Positions 19,460 through 29,991 of a DNA stretch of 64,000 bases are shown here, piece by piece. Where the stretch lies: the NCBI GenBank assembly GCA_963797705.1, contig CAWCQL010000002.1, positions 877,438 to 941,437 on the forward strand, written 5' to 3'. This stretch comes from an uncultured Actinomycetota bacterium (lineage in GTDB: Bacteria > Actinomycetota > Thermoleophilia > Solirubrobacterales > Solirubrobacteraceae). Under the pieces are notes generated by a model. The model searched no databases and had not been told where the DNA came from. It saw nothing but the letters and a program-made list of their open reading frames with translations. How positions within the stretch are numbered: the first letter of the stretch is position 1; each line of letters opens with the position of its first letter. Made by a program: the position numbers and the translations under genes.

Positions 19460-19882
19460 TCAGCGCCTGCCACGCCACCTTGCCTCCTTCTCCAACGGAG
19501 CCAGCTGGGTCTGCAGGGTCTTGATGGCGACGATCGGGTCGTTGCCGGCCTTCAGCCCCTTCAGCGAGGACTGCAACGCCTTGACCTCGTGCTCAGTTGC
19601 CGTGCGCGCGGCGCGGAAGTGCACTCCGGCCGTGCCGCCGGGGTGCATCGACGACAGCTCGGTGACCTCGGACTGCAGCGCCGCGATCCCGCCGCGCAGG
19701 AAGGACGCGCCCTGCGACGGCACCTGGGGCGTGGGGATGGCGTTCAGGCGCTGGGCCGCCACCGCGCAGGCGTGCCCCGCGCCGTTGCGCAGCTGACGGG
19801 CGGACATGTCACTCGAGCTGCCGCAACCGGCCACCACGAGGACGAGCGCCAGCGCCGGCAGGCACGCCCGTCGCCTGTTCAC
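19460..19882 (-). CDS. Putative lipoprotein
   Basis: VNRRRACLPALALVLVVAGC lipobox; overlaps the stop of the HAD gene. Confidence 0.65.
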   Translation of the reverse strand: MNRRRACLPALALVLVVAGCGSSSDMSARQLRNGAGHACAVAAQRLNAIPTPQVPSQGASFLRGGIAALQSEVTELSSMHPGGTAGVHFRAARTATEHEVKALQSSLKGLKAGNDPIVAIKTLQTQLAPLEKEARWRGRR

Positions 19883-20494
19883 GACAGTTCGACCTCGAGC
19901 AACCCCTCCAACTCGGCGATCGTCTGCCCCGCCTCGACGTGGCGCACAGTGGCCATTCCCATCTCGCGCGCGGGCTTGAGGTTGAAAGGGAGGTCGTCCA
20001 CGAACACGCACTCGTCCGGCGCGAGGCTGACGGCACGCGCGCCCATGGCGTAGATCTCCGGGGTCGGCTTGCGCAGGCCGACATCGCCGGAGATGACCAC
20101 GCCATCGAAGAGCTCGGCCAGCAGGGCGCGGTCGTAGGTCGCCGCGCCCCACGAGTTGGAGATCAGCCCGGTGCGGATCCCGGCCCCGCGCGCGCGGCGC
20201 ACCGCGGCGAGCATCGCCTCGTCGGGGCCTGCGCCGGCGAACATCCTTGCGATCAGCTGCTCAGGGACCGACGCCGAGAATCTCGGCGAACCCTCGCTCG
20301 AAGTCGGGCTCGGGAAGCGTTCCGGTCTCCAGCCCCACCAGAAGCTCGCGGCTCGCCGGGTCGCTGCGGAAGAGATCGCGGACCGTGTCCATAGAGAGGC
20401 CCTCGCGCTCACAGAAGGCGGCAAAGGACGCGAACACGTCGGTGGTCATGACCCCGCCCCAGTCAACGAGGAGCCCGCGCCTCGGCGTTGCCAC
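19879..20494 (-). CDS. HAD-family phosphatase (frameshift near 20270)
   Basis: LLVDWGGV, LISNSWG, RKPTPEIY, FVDD. Confidence 0.85.
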
Positions 20495-20507
20495 TAGCGG
20501 TGGCCCC

Positions 20508-21589
20508 TCACTCAAATCCGTTACGCGTGACGTCGAGGGCGCGCCGGGCCAGTTCGACGACGCCCGTCGCCGAAGGTCTTCAGCCACGGGTCATCGGTGG
20601 TGCCCATCACCGCCCGCTTGTAGTTGCCCTCCATGAACACCGAGGCCTTCCACATCGCCAGCGCCACATACCAATCCAGCGAGCTCATCGAGCGGCCCGA
20701 GCGCTCCTCGTAGCGGGCCACCAGCTCCCGGCGCGTGGGGAAGCCCGGCTCGATCGGTGACCGTGTGCATGGCGAAGCGGCTCTTGTCGTCGCCCGCCTG
20801 GACCCAGTGGAGCATCATGTAGCCGACGTCGGCGAGCGGGTCTCCGATCGTGGCCATCTCCCAGTCCAGGATCGTCGCCAGCCGCGGCGGCGTCTCGTCG
20901 GCGAACATCGTGTTGCCCAGGCGGTAGTCGCCGTGCACGATGGTCGCCGGGGGCGACTGCGGGATGTTTTCGGCCAGCCACGCGGCCACCTCGTCGAGCT
21001 CTGAGATATCACGCGTCCGGTTGTGCTCCCATAGCCCGTTGAAGCGCCGCAACTGGCGCTCCAGGTAGCCGGTCGGCTTCCCGAACCCCTCCAGTCCGAG
21101 CGTCGTCCAGTCCGTCGCGTGCAGCTCCACCAGACCGTCGATCAGCTCGTCGGCGATTGCGGCGCGGAGCGCGGGCGTGTCCAGCGGCTCCGGGATCTGG
21201 TCGGTGATGACGTCCCCGGGGACGCGCTCCATGACGTAGAAGGGCGCGCCGATCACCTCGAGGTCGGCGCACACGGCCAGCACCCGGGGCGTGCGCACCG
21301 CGGTGGGCTCCAGCGCGCTGAGCAGGCGCGCCTCGCGCAGCACGTCGTGGGCGCTGGGGGGCAGCGGCCCCCGGGGCGGCCGGCGCAGGATGACGTCGGT
21401 GGACAACCCGAAGGTGACGTTGGAGTGCCCGTCGCCCACCGGCACGGCACTGAGGTCGCTCGGGCCCTCGAGGCCGTGGGCGCGCAGGAACTCGCGCAGC
21501 GGCTCGAGCACCAGCAGGGGCTCGCGGTCGTTGGCCGCGCCCTCGGCGTGGGTGGCGACGATGTCGTCTGGGGCGAGCGTCGCGCTCAT
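20508..21589 (-). CDS. Phosphotransferase (APH/choline kinase-like) family protein, frameshifted near the 3' end
   Basis: GHSNVT, HDVLREAR, HGDYRLGN, ILDWEMATIGDPLADVG. Confidence 0.88.
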
Positions 21590-21731
21590 CGGTGCCGGAG
21601 GCTACCGGTCGCGCCGGTACGCCCCGCCACCGGCGGCGCGGCAAGCCCCGCCGCCGGCTCGGTACGTCTCGCCGCCGGCGGCCGCGGCACGCCCGTCCGG
21701 CGAGGACGGCCCCAGTGGGGAACGCCGCCGT

Positions 21732-22025
21732 TCAGGCGGCGACCGGCGTGCGGCCGCTGACCTCGCGGTCAAACCGCCAGCCGGTCAGCTGGTCCCGGGA
21801 GCCGGCCAGCCCGGTCACGATGGCGCCGGTGTCGCGCTCGATGGCGGCCATCAGAGCCGCCAGGCGATCGCGCAGTTCGACGCCGGCCACCGAGTCGTCA
21901 TACGCCCAGTTGGCGTCGACGTCCTCGATGAGCACCGTGACACGTGTTGGGTGCAGGCGCGAGATCTCGCTGATCAGGTCTGTGTCGTTGTCCGAGGGTC
22001 CGAAGATGGCAAGGAGGTCACTCAT
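21732..22025 (-). CDS. Hypothetical protein (~97 aa)
   Basis: Clean ORF MSDLLAIFGP... with normal composition, preceded by an AT-rich region. Confidence 0.6.
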   Translation of the reverse strand: MSDLLAIFGPSDNDTDLISEISRLHPTRVTVLIEDVDANWAYDDSVAGVELRDRLAALMAAIERDTGAIVTGLAGSRDQLTGWRFDREVSGRTPVAA

Positions 22026-22142
22026 GGAAATCAGTCTTCTAATCATGCGTAAAGCGAAACTGAAGAGCCGTGAACAATTCGAGTCCTTTGTCTAAGACAT
22101 TGGTCCGGAGTGCCCGACACGGCTGAGTAGCCTCTTAAAGGC

Positions 22143-22989
22143 ATGCCAGAGCTACCCGAAGTGGAGATCACCGCCCGGCTCATCGGGGCCGCCGTCGCCG
22201 GCGCCCAGATCGAGTCGGCGATGGCCCCTGGGATCAACGCGCTGCGCTCGTTCGACCCGCCGCTGAGCGCGATCGAGGGCCGCGCGCTGACCGGCATCAC
22301 GCGACGCGGGAAGCTCTTCGTGGTCGGCGTCGAGGATGACCTCTCGCTGGTCATCCACCTGATGTCGGCGGGGCGCCTGCAGCTGTTCGACACACGCGCG
22401 TCGCTGCGTGACCGCACCTCGCGGCTGCTCGTGCGCCTCGACGACGGCCGCGAGCTACGCCTGCGGGAGTTCGGCACCAAGCAGGCCGCCTGGGTCAAGC
22501 TGCTCACCCCCGAGGGGGTGGAGGCCGAGGAGCACATCGCCACGCTCGGTCCCGAGGCCTATCCCGACCCGCCGGACCTCGGGCCGCTGCTCGATGCTCC
22601 CCGCCCGCTGCACGGCCTGCTGCGCGATCAGCGCGTGATCGCCGGCATCGGGCGCTCGTGGGTCGACGAGATCCTCCATACCGCCAAGCTCTCGCCATTC
22701 AAGCGCGGCTCGGAGCTGTCCGACGAGGAGGCCGACCGTCTGCGCGAGGCGATCGTCTCAGAGCTCGGTCGCGCCCTCGCCCACTACGAGGAGCACCTCG
22801 ACCCTCCCCATCCCCGACAAGCTGCCGATGCCGCTGCGAGTCCACCGCCGCAACGGGGAGCCGTGCCCGCGCTGCGGCGATCAGCTGGAGGCGGTCTTCT
22901 ACGAGGACTACGTCATGTGTTACTGCCCGACGTGCCAGACCGACGGCAAGCTGCTCAAGGACCGGCGGCTCTCGCGGTTGCTCAAGTAG
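22143..22989 (+). CDS. Fpg/Nei family DNA glycosylase (frameshift near 22800)
   Basis: MPELPEVE, RGK, HLMSAG, GIGRSWVDEIL; Zn finger CPRC...CPTCQ in the shifted frame. Confidence 0.9.
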
Positions 22990-22995
22990 CGGCCG

Positions 22996-23892
22996 TCACG
23001 CGGCCGGCTCCCCGTCGCGCATCCCGTAGGCGGGATCGAGCGCCGAGCGCAGCCGCCGGGGCTCAGAGCCCTCCAGCACGCCGCGGGCATGCTCGGCGAT
23101 CTCGCCCGCTGGCGCGAACCACACCCCGCCGAGCTCCCGGGCGAAGGCCACGAACTTCCCGATGTTGCGCGACCGGGCCGGCCGGCCCGACAGGAACGGG
23201 TGCATGGTGAGCACCTGCAGGCACCCCTCCTCGCGAAACGCCTCCAGCTCGCCCTGCCAGATCTCCAGGAGCTTGCCGGGCGGCTCCAGGCTGTCGCCCA
23301 GAGGCGGATCGATGAAGAACCCGTACTGCTCCCAGTCGTCAAAGGACCAGTGGACGGGCAGCTCGACCAACGTCCCGGCGTCGGAGTCCAGCAGGTAGGG
23401 GACGTCGTCGTCCATCAGGCTCGAGTCGTAGCGAAAGCCGGCGCCGGCCAGAAGCTCGGGTGACTGGAGGCTGAGCTGCCACCACGGGGCGCGGTAGCCC
23501 ACCGGCCGGGTACCGGTGAGCGGCTCGAGGACCTCCGCCGCGCGCTCGATGATGGCCCGCTGCTCGGCCACCGCCAGATCGAGCGGGAGCTCGTGCATGT
23601 ACCCGTGCCACCCGACCTCGTGGCCGTCGGCCACGATCCGCCGGATCGTGTCCGGGTAGCACTCGGCGGTGAAGCCGGGAACGAAGAACGTCGCCCGGAT
23701 CTCCGCCCGGCGCAACTGCTCGAGCAGCCGCGGCACGCCCACGCGCGGCCCGTACGCCTGGTGGCTCATGGTCGTGGCGTGGCTGGCGTACTTGGGGTCG
23801 ACCTGCAGGATCGCCGACTCTGCGTCGACGTCAAAGGAGATGACGCAGGCGCAGCGGCTGCCGTTCGGCCATTGAAAGCGTGGCGTGCTCAT
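22996..23892 (-). CDS. Polysaccharide deacetylase/PuuE-like CE4 hydrolase
   Basis: SFDVDAE, TFFVPG, HGYMHE, GYRAPWW, LTMHPFLSGRP. Confidence 0.88.
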   Translation of the reverse strand: MSTPRFQWPNGSRCACVISFDVDAESAILQVDPKYASHATTMSHQAYGPRVGVPRLLEQLRRAEIRATFFVPGFTAECYPDTIRRIVADGHEVGWHGYMHELPLDLAVAEQRAIIERAAEVLEPLTGTRPVGYRAPWWQLSLQSPELLAGAGFRYDSSLMDDDVPYLLDSDAGTLVELPVHWSFDDWEQYGFFIDPPLGDSLEPPGKLLEIWQGELEAFREEGCLQVLTMHPFLSGRPARSRNIGKFVAFARELGGVWFAPAGEIAEHARGVLEGSEPRRLRSALDPAYGMRDGEPAA

Positions 23893-24782
23893 GCCACCGC
23901 CACCGGCTCGCGCCGCAGCTCGTGGCAGGAGCAGTGCACGCCGCCGCCCGCCAGGGCGAACTGGTCGTACTCGATCGCGGTCACCTCGAAGCCCTCGGCC
24001 TCGAGCTGCGCGTTGACCGTCGTGTTGTGGGCCATGGACAGGATCCGCCCTCCCCCCAGGTTGACCAGGTTGCCGCCGAGCTTGACGCAGTCGCGGTAGG
24101 CGACCGGGATCCAGCTCACGCCGCGGGCGCGCAGGAAGTCCAGCACGTAGGCCTCCAGCGCGTCCTCGCACACCAGGGCGTACTTCTCGGCCAGCATCAC
24201 CAGCGTGGCGTCGAGGTGGACGAACTGAGGCGCCAGCGGCACCGTGAGCGCCTCCCAGCCCTCCGCCTCCATCCAGCCGGCCACCTGCTCGGCGCCCTCC
24301 TTGGTGGAGCGGTTGCCGGCGTAGCCGAGGATCACCACGCCCGGCTCGATGATCCCGAAGTCGCCGCCCTCGAAATGCCCGGCGGTGACCCAGTTCCAGA
24401 TCGGGATCCCCTCGCGCGCGAAGAACGACGCCACCACGGCATAGTCGCGCCGGCGCGGTGGGGTCTGGATGCTCGCCACCACCGGGCCCCACGGGGTCAT
24501 GAAGCTCGAGTCACGCGCGTAGACGCTTGACGACAGCCCCTCGTCGGCGTCGAGGAAGTGGCACTGCACTCCGGCCTGGCGGAAGACGTCCACCATGTCG
24601 CGGTGCTGGGTGAGCGCTCGCTCCTGGTCGAACTGGAGCCCGGAGCGCTCCATGTTGGCGAACGTCACCGCCGAGATCGCATTGAGTGGCACCCAGCGGA
24701 AGTGGTCCGGGCGCCCCAGCAGCACATCGGTGAGGACCCCGGTCTGATTGTCGACCCCGAACGCCGTGCCGGTCGTGCTCAT
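23889..24782 (-). CDS. Pentein (DDAH/arginine deiminase/amidinotransferase) family enzyme
   Basis: VYARD, FEGGD, VHLDA, GGGVHC intact. Confidence 0.88.
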   Translation of the reverse strand: MSTTGTAFGVDNQTGVLTDVLLGRPDHFRWVPLNAISAVTFANMERSGLQFDQERALTQHRDMVDVFRQAGVQCHFLDADEGLSSSVYARDSSFMTPWGPVVASIQTPPRRRDYAVVASFFAREGIPIWNWVTAGHFEGGDFGIIEPGVVILGYAGNRSTKEGAEQVAGWMEAEGWEALTVPLAPQFVHLDATLVMLAEKYALVCEDALEAYVLDFLRARGVSWIPVAYRDCVKLGGNLVNLGGGRILSMAHNTTVNAQLEAEGFEVTAIEYDQFALAGGGVHCSCHELRREPVAVA

Positions 24783-26242
24783 GGGCGCACGATCTCCGCC
24801 CGCGGCCTGTCCTCCACCGGGGCGCTTGCCGGGACCGCGCTGGGCCGCGTGCGCCCCAGCACCCAGTAGGCCCCGCCGGCGGCCAGGATCGCTGCCAGCC
24901 AGGAGAAGTCGACGCCGTTGGTGGCGCGCGACAGCGGCCCTTGGAACAGGGCGGCGCTGCCGTACTCCCACGCCCACCCGGCGATGAGGCCGAGCAGCAG
25001 GGAGACCAGCGCCGGCCATCGGATGTCGCCGTAGCGCGAGGTCTGGGGATCGTCGAACAGGGCCTCCAGGTCGGTTTGGCCCCGGTTGATGACGAAGTAG
25101 TCGAGCAGGATGATCGCGCCCCACGCCGCCGTCCAGATCACGAACGAGTTCATGTAGTTGGTGAACGAGGTGGCGAAGGTGCTGGAGGCGAGGAAGGCGA
25201 TCAGCACGCCGCTGGCGATGACGCCGGTGAGCACGCTGCCCACCCAGCGCTTGAGCTTGATGCCGCCCGCCAGCATGCACAGCGGCGCCGAGTAGACCGA
25301 CTCGATGTTGACCGCGACGGCCCCGTGGATGATCACGATGAGGACGGGGATGGTCATCACGCCGAACAGGGACGCCACCAGCTCGGCGGGGTCGGCGTTG
25401 ACGGCTGAGCTCGCCATCGCCGCACCCAGGACGCCGAGCCAGATCATCGGGATGTAGGTGCCGATCGCGGAGGCCCAGTACAGCTTGCGCTCGGTCACGT
25501 CCGGGCGCGTGAAGCGCGAGTAGTCCGAGGCCCACGCCACCCACGAGAAGCCCCAGCCGATCCCGACCGCGGTCATGAACTCGGTGCCCGCGGTGAGCAG
25601 GCCGGAGCCGTGGACGGTGGAGTGCGTTCCAGAGGATGTGGCCCTTGGCGAACGCCAGCACCGTCATGACTGCCCATGATCAGTGCGAGTACCGGCACGG
25701 TCCACTTCTCGAACGTGCGGATGGCGTAGAAGCCGAGCGTGCCGACGATGAGCTGGAAGACCATGATCACCCCGGCCACGATGTACTCGACCGTGTGGTT
25801 GTTGGGGAGCCCCAGCTTGTGCAGGCAGTAGGTGGCGAGGCTGAGCACGACGTAGGTGTTCAGGCCGATCCAGGAGAGCGTGATCAGCGCCTGCAGGATC
25901 GAGGGCACGTTGTTGCCGCGCCGCCCGAAGGCCATCCGGCCCGAGAGCGAGCTGGGAGACGCCGGTCCGCCTGCCCATCAGAGTGAAGAAGCCGAAGATC
26001 AGCGCGCCCGCGGCCTGGCCGACCAGCATCAGCGCGATCGACTGCACCAGGCTCAGACCAAGCTCGGGCCCGATCGCCCCGACGACCCAGCTGGTGGGCG
26101 TGATGTTGGCGCCGAACCAGATCCAGAACTGCTGCCAGGACGTCGAGTCCCGGTCGCTCTCGGGGATCGGCTCGATGCCGTGCTGATCCACCGACAGCGC
26201 CTTTTCGAACTCGTTGCGCTCAGCCACACCGCTCGTCGACAT
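24779..26242 (-). CDS. NCS1 purine-cytosine permease family transporter (frameshifted)
   Basis: HGIEPIP, WFGANI, WASDYSRF, many TM helices over ORFs 25664-26242, 25573-25935 and 24779-25576. Confidence 0.87.
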
Positions 26243-27503
26243 GCTCCTCTTCTCCTCGGATCTGCGATTGCTCGTCGCGGCCGGTGGCCGCGAAGGTCCC
26301 GGTGGCGCTCACCGGCCTGCCCTGTGCTGCCTGCCTACCCCATCTCCGCAGCGCCGCCACCTGGAGGGGCCCGGCGTCGAGGCTGCGCAACAGCTCCGCG
26401 ATGAGGCGGGCCCGGGGGACGAGGCTCGAGACGAGCAGGTGCTCCTGCGCAGTGTGAAACGCCTCGCCGCAGACGCCGATGCCATCGAGGGTGGGGACGC
26501 CCAGCGCGCCGGTGAAGTTCCCGTCGCTTCCTCCACCGACGGTTCCGTGCCCTGGATTGAAGCCGATCCGGTTGGCCAGCGCGCGCGCGCGCTCGTACAG
26601 CTTCAGGCTCTCGGGGGTGGGCGCAAACAGCGGGCGGACCGGCCCGGGCGTGACCTCGAGCCGGATGCCGGGGGTCAGCGGACGCAGCCCGCGCAGCTGC
26701 CGGCGCACGCCGTGGAAGTCCTCGTCGGTGGCGGTGACGGCGAGCACCTCGGCCTGGCACCGGTCCGGCACCACGTTGACGAAGGTCCCGCCGTTGACGA
26801 CGCCGACGCTCACGGTGATGTCGCGCTCCGCATCGGAGAGGGCTTCGATCGCCGGGATCTGGGCGGCGATCTCCCGGATCGCCGACGCGCCGTGCCCGCC
26901 CGCGCCTCCCGCATGCCCCGGAGCTCCTCGCGCCTCGACCACGAACCTCTGAAACGCCCAGCGCCCGGTGATGAGGTTGCCGCGGTCCTGCGCGGGCTCG
27001 GGCACGAGCACGTAGTGGTGGCGACATGCCTCCGTCTCGATCAGCGTGCGCGTGGTGGGGCTGCCGATCTCCTCGTCGGGGATGAACAGGAAGCTGACGG
27101 GCAGCCGGGGCGCCTGGCCGTCATCGAGCAGCGCGCCGAGAGCGTAGGTCGCCAGGAACGCTCCACCCTTCATGTCGTAGGCCCCGGGCCCGAAGAAGCG
27201 GTCGCCATCGCGGCGGAGGCGTTGGCTCGCCGACCCCACCGGATGGACGGTGTCCAGATGAGCCAGGACCAGGATGCCCGGCTCGTCGGGGCCGATCCGG
27301 GCCAGCACCGCGTCGCCCAGGCCCTCGCGGCCGGGGTGTCGCGTGATGGTGGCGCCCAGCCCGTACATGACCGCGGCGGCGGCATCCATCATCCGGTTGA
27401 CGGCGTCCCCGTCGTGGGTGGGGCTGTCGATCTCGACCCACCGCGCGATGCCCTCGAGCATCTCCTGCTCGTTGAACAGGTCGGCGGGAACCGAGATGCT
27501 CAC
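26220..27503 (-). CDS. M20 family metallo-amidohydrolase (glutamate carboxypeptidase-like); 3' end uncertain
   Basis: LAHLDTV, GPGAYDMKGG, DEEIGS, GGGSDGN, FHTAQEH. Confidence 0.88.
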   Translation of the reverse strand: MSISVPADLFNEQEMLEGIARWVEIDSPTHDGDAVNRMMDAAAAVMYGLGATITRHPGREGLGDAVLARIGPDEPGILVLAHLDTVHPVGSASQRLRRDGDRFFGPGAYDMKGGAFLATYALGALLDDGQAPRLPVSFLFIPDEEIGSPTTRTLIETEACRHHYVLVPEPAQDRGNLITGRWAFQRFVVEARGAPGHAGGAGGHGASAIREIAAQIPAIEALSDAERDITVSVGVVNGGTFVNVVPDRCQAEVLAVTATDEDFHGVRRQLRGLRPLTPGIRLEVTPGPVRPLFAPTPESLKLYERARALANRIGFNPGHGTVGGGSDGNFTGALGVPTLDGIGVCGEAFHTAQEHLLVSSLVPRARLIAELLRSLDAGPLQVAALRRWGRQAAQGRPVSATGTFAATGRDEQSQIRGEEEHVDERCG

Positions 27504-28046
27504 GACCGCACGCCCCCCGGTCGCATCCGGCCGGCGTTGCCCTCGAAGGCGACCAGCAGCGTGCGCAGGATGTGCGTGAGCCCCTCGCGCGTGTCGGCGT
27601 CCAGCGGACCCAGCAGCTCGGTCTCGTTGACCACGTGAGCGTCGATGGCCGCCTCCTGCAGTTCCCGACCCGCCTGGGTGAGTGCGACCACCACTCCGCG
27701 GCCGTCGGTCGCGTCGGGCGTGCGGACGACCAGCCCGCGCGCCTCGAGGCGCTCGACGAGCTTGGTCATGCCCCCGGAGCTCAGCATGAGCCCGCGGCTG
27801 AGCTCGGTGGGCGACGAGCGCGTAGGGCTCGCCGCGGCGCCGCAGTGCCGACAGCGCGTTGAATTCCGAGACGCTCAGGCCGAAGCGGGCCAGTTCAAGC
27901 TCGACGTCGCGCTCCAGGTAGCGCGCGACGCGCAGGATGCGGCCGATGACCGCCATCGCCTCGGTGTCGAGCGACGGGTACTCGTCCGCCCACTCGCGGA
28001 CGATGCGGTCGACGTGGTCCTCGTCGGGCATGCGGGCGAGGCTCAT
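27500..28046 (-). CDS. MarR family regulator (frameshift near 27820)
   Basis: DHVDRIVREW, LSALRR, SSGGMTKLVERLE, DGRGVVVALT. Confidence 0.88.
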
Positions 28047-29046
28047 GCGGCCGCCCGGGAGATCGGCAGGGTCACGCAGCGCACCGCGCCCCCCCAGGCG
28101 CTGAGGTGCTCGACGTCGATGGGGATCGGCTCCATGCCGTGACGCTCGAGCTCGCCGCAGATGCGCTCCAGGCGCGCGTCGATGAGGTGGCGCCGAGCGT
28201 CGAGGTTCATGCCCACGGTGGCGAGCATCCGCGTCTCGTCCTCGGTGACCTCGATCACCTCCCAGTCGGCGATGGGGGCAGGCAGGGTGCCGCCCAGGGC
28301 GGGCAGATAGGCCATCGCCAGCCCCTCGCGCAACACGCACATGACGCCGAGCAGGTGCAGCCACGTGCCGCTGACCACAACGGGGTGGACCCGGTAGCCG
28401 AACGGCTCCAGGTAGCGCCGCAGCCACGCCGAGCCGGCGTCGTTGGAGGTGAGGTCGGTGTTGCCGCAGAGAACGTCGCGGCCGACGACGATGATGTCAC
28501 CGCCTTCCAGGAACGGCCCCGCGCCCTCGTCCCCGGCCACCCCGAGCTCCGCGCGCGGGCTGGCCACGTGACGGACCTCGGGGTCGGCGTCGATGAAAGG
28601 CTGCAGGACGGCACGCGTCGCCCAGGCTTCCTTGCGACGGAACGGCCGGCGGATGCAGGTCTCGATCACGTGCTTGCCCAGCACATAGATGGGATCCGCC
28701 GGGTACAGAAGGCTCGCGCCCTCCTGCAGCTCGCCCAGGTAGGCCTGCTCCCCGGTGGCGAACGGCCGCGGGCGCAGCACGGCGACGCCGTGCTGTGTGA
28801 ACGTGTCCGCGACGCGCTCCACCGCCTCGGTGAGCTGCTCCCAGAGATGCGGGGCGCTCGCGCGCACGTCGACCGAACTGCCGGGCGGAGCGCTTGACAA
28901 CAGCTCGGCGATCTCGCCGGTCAGGTAGCGGATGTTGCGGTTGAACGCGGGATACCGCAGTCCGTCCGTTCGCCCGACGACCACGGCGTCCAAGCGCCCG
29001 TATTCGCTGTGGCAGCCCAACTCAAACGAGGGTGTCGTCGTCTCAT
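28043..29046 (-). CDS. Amidinotransferase-like pentein enzyme with altered substrate-binding motifs (start approximate)
   Basis: HSEYGRLDAVVVG, YPADP, RRKE, LEGGD, WLHLLG, WGGAVRC. Confidence 0.82.
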
Positions 29047-29158
29047 CTCCCCCTTGGGGTCCTGCGCGGTGTATACCTCGACCGATAGCTTTCTGTCAAG
29101 ATAATTTCGGCCGGGCGAGGAGAGGACCACCCGGCGCCGCTCGGGTAGGGTTCGGGCC

Positions 29159-29617
29159 ATGGCACTGAATCCCGGCGACCCCGCCCCCGACTTCACCCTC
29201 CCTGACCAGGACGGTAACTCCGTCTCGCTGTCGAGCCTGCGCGGCCAGACCGTCGTCCTCTACTTCTATCCCAAGGCCGACACCCCGGGCTGCACCACCC
29301 AGGCCTGCGGCGTGCGCGACCACAAGGCCGACTACAAGGCCGCCGACGCCGTCGTACTGGGCGTGTCCCCCGATGCGCCCAAGAAGATCGCCAAGTTCGC
29401 CGACAAGTACGACCTGGGCTTCACCCTGCTGGGCGACGAGGACCATTCCGTCGCCGAGGCCTACGGCGTGTGGGTCAAGAAGTCGATGTACGGCCGGGAG
29501 TACATGGGCAACGAGCGCACGACGTTCGTGATCGCGCCCGACGGCACCATCAAGGACATCCTGCACAAGGTCAAGCCGGCCGAGCACGACGATCTCGTGC
29601 TCGCCGCGATCGGCTAG
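29159..29617 (+). CDS. bcp: Thioredoxin-dependent thiol peroxidase
   Basis: YFYPKADTPGCTTQAC, ERTTFVI. Confidence 0.93.
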   Translation: MALNPGDPAPDFTLPDQDGNSVSLSSLRGQTVVLYFYPKADTPGCTTQACGVRDHKADYKAADAVVLGVSPDAPKKIAKFADKYDLGFTLLGDEDHSVAEAYGVWVKKSMYGREYMGNERTTFVIAPDGTIKDILHKVKPAEHDDLVLAAIG

Positions 29618-29624
29618 ATCGCGG

Positions 29625-29897
29625 CTACTGCAGGCCCTCGCGCGCCTCGCGCACGAGCGTTACGGCCTCGGGGAAGATGACCGCCATCACGGACCGGAGC
29701 TGCTCGGCCTGCTGTTCGGTGGTCCCCTGAATGTTGGCGCGGTTCATGGCCGCGACCGTCAGATCGACGGCGAGCTTGATGGCGTTGTCGGCCCAGGCCA
29801 AACGCTGCGCGCCCTGCATCTGCTCGGCGAACTCACCGAGCTTGCGCTGCAGATCGTCCGGATCTCCGAACAGACCGCCGAATCCACTTCCTTCCAT
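29625..29897 (-). CDS. Small helical hypothetical protein
   Basis: MEGSGFGGLFGDPDDLQRKL...; plausible ORF. Confidence 0.65.
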   Translation of the reverse strand: MEGSGFGGLFGDPDDLQRKLGEFAEQMQGAQRLAWADNAIKLAVDLTVAAMNRANIQGTTEQQAEQLRSVMAVIFPEAVTLVREAREGLQ

Positions 29898-29991
29898 GCC
29901 TCCATGGTAGCTGGCCCCCGCGCCCGCCCCGTGAGGCACCCCCGCAAGCGCGTAGTCGCGTACACCGATCCCGACTAGCATTGGGCGCCCG

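Noticed and set aside
22996-29046. Aminoglycoside or other secondary-metabolite biosynthesis suggested by the amidinotransferase
   Set aside because: No sugar, NRPS/PKS or aminotransferase genes; an importer plus hydrolases fits catabolism better
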